DNA of 46,013 nt. Source: Candidatus Jorgensenbacteria bacterium CG03_land_8_20_14_0_80_38_39. GTDB lineage: Bacteria > Patescibacteriota > Minisyncoccia > UBA6257 > GWB1-50-10. Position numbers and translations under genes: made by a program. Positions 15,750 through 22,934 of this stretch are shown here, piece by piece (position 1 is the stretch's first letter; every line of letters begins with the position of its first letter). The notes under the pieces are model-generated. The model searched no databases, was not told the origin of the DNA, and worked only from the letters and a program-made list of their open reading frames with translations. The DNA is taken from the NCBI GenBank assembly GCA_002781185.1, contig PEUU01000025.1, forward strand, positions 1 through 46,013, read 5' to 3'.

Positions 15750-17071
15750 AAATTAATCTCTTGAAGCGCTTTTTCCAAAGCCCGGCGTTCGCTCCAAGGA
15801 ATTCTTTGACCGCGAGCCAAGTGAATCCAGGGCTCGCTGCCCTTGCCGGTAACAATAACAGCATCGCCTTTTTTCGCCAGACTAACGGCCTTTTTAATAG
15901 CTTCTTGGCGGTCAATGATTTTATAAATATTGCGAATTTTGAATTTTGATGGTTCGACCCTGCTCACCATCAACCCTGAGCGTTGTCGAAGGGTTGAATT
16001 TTGAATTGACGAAAATCCCAATTCGATTTCGTCTAATATAATTTCTGGATTTTCGTCATAAGGGTCCTCGTTTGTTAAAATAATGGTTTGACAATACTCA
16101 GCGGCAATTTCTCCCATTACCGGCCGTTTCCACTTGTCCCGGCCGCCGCCAGCTGAACCTAAAACGCAAATTATTGAATGAGAAGAATGCTTCGCCTTAA
16201 TCATTGACTTTAGAGCTTGATAAACTTTTTCTAAAGAATCAGGGGTATGGGCATAATCAATTACGGCTAAAAATGGCGATTTTTGAATAAATTCAAAACG
16301 GCCGGGAAGACCGGAAAAATTATTTAAAGTATCTAAAATTATTTGCCCATCGATATTTTGAGAACGAGCAAAACTTACCGCCGCCGCGGCGTTTTCCAAA
16401 TTAAAATCCGCCAATAACCAATCGCCGATTCTTTGTCTGCCTTCCTCGGAATTTAAATTATAACGGCCCCCCAACTCTTCTTGAATAAACCTTCCCCGGC
16501 TAAAAAACACAATTTCTTTAGCCGGGATTGACCTTGTCGCCTCAACAAAGAAATGCTGATTACTATCATCTTCATTGATAAAAAAATATTTTTTCGGTTT
16601 TTTGGAATTGGCCAAAGAGCGGAAAAATCGGATTTTGGCTTCCCGGTATTTTTCAAAAGAACCGTGAGCTTCAATGTGTTCGGGCATTAAATTCAAAAAA
16701 ACTGCCGCGTCCCAATCAATGAATTTATGACGAAATTGGATGACTCCCTGAGAAGTAACTTCTATTAAAGCATACTGGCAACCGGCCTTAACCGCTCGCC
16801 GGAGAAATTTTTGGATAAAAAATCGGCCAGGCATAGTATTATTAGTCAAATTCAGCTCTTTTTTGTCATTTATTTGAAAATAAACCGAGGAACTCATAGC
16901 TATTTTCTTATTAGCCCGCCTTAAAATTTCCGCCATTAGCTCCAAAACCGTTGATTTACCTTTGGTGCCGGTAACGCCGACAACAAATAAACGCCGACTG
17001 GGAAAACCGAAAAAAATATTGCCAAAAAACGCCATTACCCAATGATAAATTGAATGAACTAGAGAAACCAT
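15746..17071 (-). CDS. murE: Mur ligase family protein, MurE-like
   Basis: P-loop GVTGTKGKSTV, DYAHTPDSL, NEDPYDENP and TGKGSE motifs in MurE order. It lacks a long N-terminal domain and carries the in-frame element near the C-terminus. Confidence 0.65.
   Translation of the reverse strand: MVSLVHSIYHWVMAFFGNIFFGFPSRRLFVVGVTGTKGKSTVLELMAEILRRANKKIAMSSSVYFQINDKKELNLTNNTMPGRFFIQKFLRRAVKAGCQYALIEVTSQGVIQFRHKFIDWDAAVFLNLMPEHIEAHGSFEKYREAKIRFFRSLANSKKPKKYFFINEDDSNQHFFVEATRSIPAKEIVFFSRGRFIQEELGGRYNLNSEEGRQRIGDWLLADFNLENAAAAVSFARSQNIDGQIILDTLNNFSGLPGRFEFIQKSPFLAVIDYAHTPDSLEKVYQALKSMIKAKHSSHSIICVLGSAGGGRDKWKRPVMGEIAAEYCQTIILTNEDPYDENPEIILDEIELGFSSIQNSTLRQRSGLMVSRVEPSKFKIRNIYKIIDRQEAIKKAVSLAKKGDAVIVTGKGSEPWIHLARGQRIPWSERRALEKALQEINL
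15949..16013. repeat. Copy B of the in-frame GC-rich palindromic element, inside the murE-like gene
   Basis: atggttcgacCcTgctcacca tcaaccctgagcgttgtcgaa gggttgaatttt g aattgacgaa. Internal hairpin TTCGAC-ccT-GCTCA...TGAGC-gtt-GTCGAA. It encodes ...SSIQNSTLRQRSGLMVSRVEPS... on the minus strand. Confidence 0.7.
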
Positions 17072-17076
17072 AAAAA

Positions 17077-17655
17077 TTAAATTCTGCTTAATAACTTTAA
17101 GGCTTGACGGAGCCGTTCTTCCAAAGTTTTAAATTCCGCGCCTAATTCTGATAAAACTTGCCGGACCTTAACTTGAGAATAACCCAAATTAACCAAAACT
17201 TCTTCTACTTCCCTATCAAGTTCTAAAGATTTGGATAAAGCCGGAGTGGTTTTTAATTGAATTTTATTTTGAAGTTCTAAAATCAAACGTTCAGCGCCTT
17301 TGCGGCCGAGGCCGGAAGCTCGGGTCAAAAAATCAATTCTCTTTTCAAGAATGGCAACCATTATTTTCTCCACCTTATCAATGCTTAAAATTGCCAAAGC
17401 GGTTCTGGGACCAATGCCGCTAATGCCGTTTAAAAGTTCGAAAAATTTCAACTCCTCTTTTTTCAAAAAACCGTAAAGTTCAAAATGGTCTTGACGAAAA
17501 TACAAAAAACAAAAAAACTCTGTTTCTTTTTTGGAAGGTTTCAATTTATTTAAATTTTCTCCAGTGGTAAAAACCTTAAAACTGATTCCGCCTTGTTTCA
17601 AAATTACAAAATCATTACCCTTTTCAGTTATTTGACCTTCTAGACTATAAAGCAT
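17077..17655 (-). CDS. ruvA: Holliday junction branch migration protein RuvA
   Basis: 192 aa. An OB-fold N-terminus (MLYSLEGQI...) and an HhH region (LNGISGIGPRTALAILS). Confidence 0.9.
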   Translation of the reverse strand: MLYSLEGQITEKGNDFVILKQGGISFKVFTTGENLNKLKPSKKETEFFCFLYFRQDHFELYGFLKKEELKFFELLNGISGIGPRTALAILSIDKVEKIMVAILEKRIDFLTRASGLGRKGAERLILELQNKIQLKTTPALSKSLELDREVEEVLVNLGYSQVKVRQVLSELGAEFKTLEERLRQALKLLSRI

Positions 17656-17705
17656 ACTTTTTTATTATATAAGAACAGGAAATAATTGCTAATAGCCCCT
17701 TTTAG

Positions 17706-17733
17706 TTGCAAAAAAAAATATTTCTGCCATAAT
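17706..17733 (+). promoter_or_regulatory. Candidate sigma-70 promoter of rpsT, implying a leaderless mRNA
   Basis: TTGCAA (17706..17711), a 16-nt spacer, then CATAAT (17728..17733). The -10 ends 6 nt before the rpsT ATG at 17740. Confidence 0.4.
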
Positions 17734-17739
17734 GTTTAT

Positions 17740-18012
17740 ATGCCGATAACCAAATCTGCTAAAAAAGCTCTTCACCAAAATATCAAAAGGCGAAAAATCA
17801 ATCTTCAAAGAAAGAAAAATTTAAAAGCCGTTATCAAAAAATATCGGCAACTTATTGCCGCCGGTCAATTAGAAGAAGCTAAAAAATATCTGTCTCAAGT
17901 TTATAAAACCATTGATAAAATTGCCAAAACCAAGTTTTTGAAAAAAGGCAAAGCCAACCGTCTTAAAGCCAAACTGGCTTCAAAATTGAAAGAAAAAAAT
18001 AAAGCCGTTTGA
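17740..18012 (+). CDS. rpsT: 30S ribosomal protein S20
   Basis: MPITKSAKKALHQNIKRRKINLQRK... is a typical S20 sequence. The start is taken at ATG 17740 rather than the track's upstream 17686. Confidence 0.9.
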   Translation: MPITKSAKKALHQNIKRRKINLQRKKNLKAVIKKYRQLIAAGQLEEAKKYLSQVYKTIDKIAKTKFLKKGKANRLKAKLASKLKEKNKAV

Positions 18013-18016
18013 GGCT

Positions 18017-18829
18017 TTATTTTATTGCCAAATCCAAAAGGGCTTCTTCGTAATCCAAATGGCCGGATTTAATTGAAATATCATAATCAGCCAAGATTTG
18101 AATTTTAGAAGAGGACGTCTGCTGATAAGCCAACGAATTAAAAATATAAGCCGGTTCTTCTTTTTGCAAAAAAAGAAATTCCAAAATTGCCAATCTCTCG
18201 GTCCAAAAATGACTAGCCCAAAATTTTTTTGCCATCAGCCAAATCTTTTCCCGAGAAGACCAAAAGAGCAACGACTTTAAATTTTCCAAAGAAATCGGCT
18301 GAGGGAAATTGACTAATTTTATTTTATCAAAAGCATTGCTCGCCGTCCAAGTTTTGTTATTTTCTTGAACGTCCAAAACATTTTTTAACCACTGCCAAGC
18401 CGAATAAGAAAATTTTAAAGACCGGCCAGCGGCTTCCTTTTTAAGAAAGGATTCCCAGAGATTTCCGATTAATACAGGGAAAGAAAAAAAGGTGCTTGGT
18501 TTTTTCGTTAAAAACTCAAATTCTTTTTTTGGTTCATTACCGTCGGAAATTAAAAGAAAGTTTTGAGAAGTTCTCAATTCTTTTTTTAAAACTTGAAGCC
18601 ACGGTTTCTCATTAACTTTAGTAGCTTCTTTAATAAGAACCACCTTAATCGGTTCAAAAATTGAAGGTTGATTTAAAAAATCCTTTACTTTAATCCAATC
18701 TTCCGGTTCACTTTCCAAATCAACAAATAATCTATCGGCTTGAGGATATTTTTCCTGATAAATTTTAATTAAAGAGAAAAATTTCTGCCTTCGGCGATAA
18801 GAATCCGGACCGAATAAAAAAATAATCAT
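18017..18829 (-). CDS. Possible DNA polymerase III delta subunit (HolA-like)
   Basis: 270 aa. The N-terminal IIFLFGPDSYRRRQ pattern resembles that of HolA. Weak evidence, from memory of family N-termini only. Confidence 0.35.
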   Translation of the reverse strand: MIIFLFGPDSYRRRQKFFSLIKIYQEKYPQADRLFVDLESEPEDWIKVKDFLNQPSIFEPIKVVLIKEATKVNEKPWLQVLKKELRTSQNFLLISDGNEPKKEFEFLTKKPSTFFSFPVLIGNLWESFLKKEAAGRSLKFSYSAWQWLKNVLDVQENNKTWTASNAFDKIKLVNFPQPISLENLKSLLFWSSREKIWLMAKKFWASHFWTERLAILEFLFLQKEEPAYIFNSLAYQQTSSSKIQILADYDISIKSGHLDYEEALLDLAIK

Positions 18830-19698
18830 TTATTTTGACACTTCGGACAATAATACACCGACCGTCCTTCCATTTTAGCTCTTTTAATTAAAGTTTGGCA
18901 ACGAAAACAGGGTTGATTTTCCCGACGATAAACTTTTAATTTCTGCTCATATTTCCCCGGCTGACCAGCCGTATCCCGATAATTGTCAACCGACGTTCCC
19001 CGGAATCTGAGAGCCTGATTCAAGACCTTTCCCAAGGCCAAATAAAGGTTTTTCCGCTCTTGAGGATTCAATTGAAAAGCTGATTTAAAAGGACAAATTT
19101 TGGCGGCCCATAAAATTTCATTGGAATAGATATTGCCGATGCCGCTAATAACATTTTGGTCCATTAAAACTTGCTTGATTTTTCTTTTTTCCTCTTGGAA
19201 TAAAGAAGAAAATTTTGCCAAGGTAAAGTCCTTGGTTAAGGGTTCAGGTCCTAAATTTTTTAAATCGGGCAAAGATTCAATTTCTTGAGCCGAACCAAAA
19301 ATAACCTTGGCAAATTTTCTCAAGTCCGATAGAGCTAACATTTGACCGTTATCCAAATAAAAAATCAAATGAATATAATCATTAACTTTTTCTCCAAGAA
19401 TTCCTTTGTCTCTTGGTTGGACTTGATTATTTTTTATTTGCCAGCGGCCGACTAAAAGATGGCCGGTTAATTTTTGATGAATGAGCAGAAGTCGGTTGTT
19501 GTTTAAGTCAATTAAAATGTTTTTTGCCCGGCGACGAATATTTTCAATTTTAGAATTTTTTATCTCTTCTTCAAATTGTTTAAAATTCGGACGCTGAACA
19601 ATTTTGGGCGTATCCGACCAAATTTTTAAAATTCGACGACCAACTATTTTTTTCTTTAAATCGTCAACAACGGTTTGAACTTCCGGTAATTCGGGCAT
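18826..19698 (-). CDS. mutM: Formamidopyrimidine-DNA glycosylase (Fpg/MutM)
   Basis: MPELPEV catalytic N-terminus, an H2TH region, and a C-terminal zinc finger CFRCQ...CPKCQ. Confidence 0.9.
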   Translation of the reverse strand: MPELPEVQTVVDDLKKKIVGRRILKIWSDTPKIVQRPNFKQFEEEIKNSKIENIRRRAKNILIDLNNNRLLLIHQKLTGHLLVGRWQIKNNQVQPRDKGILGEKVNDYIHLIFYLDNGQMLALSDLRKFAKVIFGSAQEIESLPDLKNLGPEPLTKDFTLAKFSSLFQEEKRKIKQVLMDQNVISGIGNIYSNEILWAAKICPFKSAFQLNPQERKNLYLALGKVLNQALRFRGTSVDNYRDTAGQPGKYEQKLKVYRRENQPCFRCQTLIKRAKMEGRSVYYCPKCQNK

Positions 19699-19936
19699 AT
19701 TCTTCTTTTAAAATTTTTTCTAATTCTTGATAAGAAATTAAAAAGGCCGACGGTTTAACAACAACTAAAAATTTTTTATTAGAAGATGAAGGGAGTTGTA
19801 AAATGTTTTTAATTCTTCTTCTTAAAAGATTGCGTTTAGTTGCCTTGGGGGCAGTTTTTTTACTAATGATAACGACGAGCGGAGCCTTTTGCTTCTGGGA
19901 AGAAGAAATTCTTAAAATAATCGGTAAATTAATCAA
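19664..19936 (-). CDS. rnpA: Ribonuclease P protein component
   Basis: RNR-type motif [13 protein letters not shown]. Located immediately downstream of rpmH. TTG start overlapping the rpmH TGA (TTGA). The 3' end overlaps the mutM start by 35 nt. Confidence 0.75.
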   Translation of the reverse strand: MINLPIILRISSSQKQKAPLVVIISKKTAPKATKRNLLRRRIKNILQLPSSSNKKFLVVVKPSAFLISYQELEKILKEEYARITGSSNRC

Positions 19937-20067
19937 GGAACTATTTTCCCCCTGTTTTTTTGCCGTCGGCGCCTTAAAACCGCCCGACCGCCAGGCAAAC
20001 GTTGACGTTTCAAAAATCCGTGAGTTCTCTTTCTTTTTCTTTTTTTAGGTTGAAATGTTTGCGACAT
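19933..20067 (-). CDS. rpmH: 50S ribosomal protein L34
   Basis: Hand-translated 44 aa: [44 protein letters not shown]. Matches the conserved L34 pattern (TFQP...R.HGF..R). Below the track cutoff. Confidence 0.9.
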   Translation of the reverse strand: MSQTFQPKKRKRKRTHGFLKRQRLPGGRAVLRRRRQKNRGKIVP

Positions 20068-20117
20068 TTAATTATTACTATTATAGCAGAAAGTTCCCTT
20101 ATTTGAAAATAGAATTT

Positions 20118-20126
20118 TTCTCCACA
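20118..20126. promoter_or_regulatory. DnaA-box-like 9-mer upstream of dnaA
   Basis: ttctccaca differs at one position from the consensus TTATCCACA. Confidence 0.4.
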
Positions 20127-20213
20127 GTTAATTAACACTTAACCAACAAAAAAGCTTTTTAAAGGTATTGCCAAGGTTTAAAATGTCTTTATGATTAAGA
20201 TAAATTAAGACCG

Positions 20214-20243
20214 TTGAATTATTCAACACCCTCAAATTATAAT
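20214..20243 (+). promoter_or_regulatory. Candidate dnaA promoter
   Basis: TTGAAT (20214..20219), an 18-nt spacer, then TATAAT (20238..20243), about 30 nt upstream of the dnaA ATG. Confidence 0.35.
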
Positions 20244-20274
20244 TAAACTAAATAAAATTAAAACTTTTTAAGCT

Positions 20275-21663
20275 ATGATGAATAATTACAATGAACTTTG
20301 GAAAGCGGTTTTAGGAGAAGTTGAGGTCCAAATTTCCCGACCAAATTTTTTAACTTGGCTAAAACAAAGTCAAATTGTCGGCAAAGACGAAAAAGAAAAC
20401 ACCATTTTTGTTGGTTTGCCCAACAATTTCGCCAGAGAGTGGGTAAAAAATAAATACCATAAAATTATTTTTGGTTCTTTGCGCAATTTTGATAACTCTA
20501 TTAAGGGCGTGGAATATGTAATTTTTAATCCCGCCGGAACTGTTTTCTCGCCAATTTTAGAAAAAAAGTCAAAGACAGGCCTTGCTTCTGCTAATAAAGC
20601 TTCTCTGCCTCTTTTAGAGTTGAAAATTGATCCCAAAACCAATCTTAACCCTCGTTATACTTTTGAATCGTTTGTCGTCGGCTCTTCCAATGAACTAGCT
20701 CACGCCGCCGCCATGGCTATTGTCAAAGACATCGGTCAAAAATATAATCCCTTTTTTGTTTACGGCGGCGTTGGTTTGGGCAAAACCCATCTTCTTCAAG
20801 CGATGGGAAATGAAATTAAAAAATCTTATCAAAATAAAATCAATGTTTTTTACACCACTTCCGAAAAATTTGTTAGCGATGTTGTTTGGGCAATCCGCAA
20901 CAAACAAATGGACGACATTAAAAAGAAATATCGCAACGTTGACGTTTTAATTATTGACGACATTCAATTCATCGGCGGCAAAGAAAGAAGTGAAGAAGAA
21001 TTTTTCCATACTTTTAACGTTCTCTATGAAAACAATAAGCAAATTGTTATTTCTTCTGACCGGCCGCCGGGGGCCATTCCAACCTTAACCGAAAGGCTGC
21101 GTTCCCGTTTTGAAGGCGGTATGATTGCCGATATTACCTACCCCGATTATGAAATGAGGCTGGCTATTTTAAAAAATAAAGTTCAAGAAAGGAGCATTTT
21201 TATAGAAGACAAAATCCTGGAGCAAGTTGCTTTCAAAGTTCAGAAGAATATTCGGGAATTGGAAGGGGTTTTAAATAAAATCATTTTTTACCAAGAGTAT
21301 AAAAAAGAAAAAATTGACAATCAAAAATTAGAAGAAATTATTATTGAAGCCAGTCAAACTTCTTCAAAAAACGTCACCATTAACGATATTATTAAAGCGG
21401 TGACCGATTTTTATGAAGTTTCGCCTAATGAAATTGCCAACAGGAACCGCAAGCAAGAAATTGTTGAGCCCCGGCAAATAATTATGTACTTGTTAAGGGA
21501 AATTTTAAAACTTTCCTATCCTCATATTGGGGAAAGGCTGGGCAAAAGAGACCATACCACCGCCATTCACTCTTGCGAAAAAGTTGCCCGTGACATTAAC
21601 CGCAATGCGGCTTTTAATCAAAAAATAATGATGATTAAAGAAAAAATATACAAAATGTCATAA
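20275..21663 (+). CDS. dnaA: Chromosomal replication initiator protein DnaA
   Basis: 462 aa. AAA+ Walker A GGVGLGKTHLLQA, Walker B LIIDDIQF, and the C-terminal DNA-binding signature (DHTTAIHSCEKV). Confidence 0.97.
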   Translation: MMNNYNELWKAVLGEVEVQISRPNFLTWLKQSQIVGKDEKENTIFVGLPNNFAREWVKNKYHKIIFGSLRNFDNSIKGVEYVIFNPAGTVFSPILEKKSKTGLASANKASLPLLELKIDPKTNLNPRYTFESFVVGSSNELAHAAAMAIVKDIGQKYNPFFVYGGVGLGKTHLLQAMGNEIKKSYQNKINVFYTTSEKFVSDVVWAIRNKQMDDIKKKYRNVDVLIIDDIQFIGGKERSEEEFFHTFNVLYENNKQIVISSDRPPGAIPTLTERLRSRFEGGMIADITYPDYEMRLAILKNKVQERSIFIEDKILEQVAFKVQKNIRELEGVLNKIIFYQEYKKEKIDNQKLEEIIIEASQTSSKNVTINDIIKAVTDFYEVSPNEIANRNRKQEIVEPRQIIMYLLREILKLSYPHIGERLGKRDHTTAIHSCEKVARDINRNAAFNQKIMMIKEKIYKMS

Positions 21664-21820
21664 CCCGTGGATAACTTGAAGATTATTTTAAAAAAATTTA
21701 ATTTGTTTTATCTTTATCAACAACTTATTAAATACTTATTTTCTTTAAAAAGGATAAAAAAACATTTATCAATCTGCTTAAAAAATTATTAACCATTTTA
21801 TTCACAGTTCTACAACAACA
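21664..21820. promoter_or_regulatory. Candidate oriC segment in the dnaA-dnaN spacer
   Basis: Three 9-mers each one mismatch from TTATCCACA: cgtggataa (21666..21674, reverse orientation), ttatcaaca (21714..21722) and ttattcaca (21798..21806). Very AT-rich tracts lie between them (gattattttaaaaaaatttaatttg). Confidence 0.5.
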
Positions 21821-22924
21821 ATGAAATTAATAATATTAAAAAATAATTTATTGGAAGGACTAACAACTTTGGAAAAAGCTGTGGGAAACAATACAAATTT
21901 ACCAATTCTTAGAAATTTTTTAATTCAAACAGAAGGTAATAAAATAACTCTTATTTCTACTGACCTTGAAATAGCGGTTAAATATTTTCTTTCGGGAAAA
22001 ATAATTGAAAATGGAAAATTAACCGTCCCTTTTTTTATTGTCAATACCATTGCCAAAAATTTAACCAGCGAAAGAGTTGATTTAGAAACAAAAGAAAAAA
22101 AATTACTTATTAAAACCGACAATTATGAAGCCACTATTCAAGGTCAAGACCCGGAAGAATTTCCTATAATTCCCAAAATTAGCAATCAAGATAAATTCTT
22201 TAAATTTAAACTGGCGACTTTTAAAGAAAATTTAGCTAAAGTTTTAGCCGCCAGCCAATATTCTAATATTCGGCAAGAAATTAATGGCGTATTTTTTAAG
22301 TATGAAGAAAAAACCTTAAAATTAGCCGCGACTGACAGTTTTCGTTTGGCTGAAAAAACATACAATCAAGACCAACTTGAAAGTAATTTTGAGAAAATAA
22401 GTTTTATTCTTCCCTTGAAAACTGCTTATGAAATTTTAAGAATTCCCGACGGTCAAGAAATAATTGTTTTTATTGATGCCAATCAAGTCCTTTTTAAAAC
22501 AGAAAATCAGGAAATTATTTCTCGTTTAATTGACGGTCATTTTCCTGATTATCAATCAGTTATTCCTAAAGAATTTAAAACGGAATTAAGAATCAACCGT
22601 GAAGAGTTAATTAAGGCAATAAAACTAACAAGCGTTTTTTCCGGCGGAACCAATGATATTTCTTTAAAAATCAGTGATAATAAAAAGTTTTTAGAAATTT
22701 ATTCCAATAGCGACCAGTTAGGTGAAAATCGTTATTTAATCCCGGTGAAATTAAAAGGCGAACCATTTTCTTTGGTTCTTAATTGGCGTTATTTTATTGA
22801 TGGTTTAAAAATTTATCAAACCGAAGAAATAGATTTGGGTATTAATGAAGCCGACCGCCCTTTACTTATCAAATCTTCTAACGATTCTTCTTTGTTTTAT
22901 ATTTTAATGCCCTTGAAAAGTTAA
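21821..22924 (+). CDS. dnaN: DNA polymerase III beta sliding clamp
   Basis: 367 aa immediately after dnaA. Typical clamp N-terminus (MKLIILKNNLLEGL) and C-terminus (...LMPLKS). Confidence 0.95.
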   Translation: MKLIILKNNLLEGLTTLEKAVGNNTNLPILRNFLIQTEGNKITLISTDLEIAVKYFLSGKIIENGKLTVPFFIVNTIAKNLTSERVDLETKEKKLLIKTDNYEATIQGQDPEEFPIIPKISNQDKFFKFKLATFKENLAKVLAASQYSNIRQEINGVFFKYEEKTLKLAATDSFRLAEKTYNQDQLESNFEKISFILPLKTAYEILRIPDGQEIIVFIDANQVLFKTENQEIISRLIDGHFPDYQSVIPKEFKTELRINREELIKAIKLTSVFSGGTNDISLKISDNKKFLEIYSNSDQLGENRYLIPVKLKGEPFSLVLNWRYFIDGLKIYQTEEIDLGINEADRPLLIKSSNDSSLFYILMPLKS

Positions 22925-22934
22925 GAAAATAAAT

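Noticed and set aside
20370-22122. Antisense or alternative-frame ORFs within dnaA and dnaN: 20370..20642, 20695..20907, 20720..20950 and 21925..22122
   Set aside because: They are shadows within two of the best-supported genes in the window.
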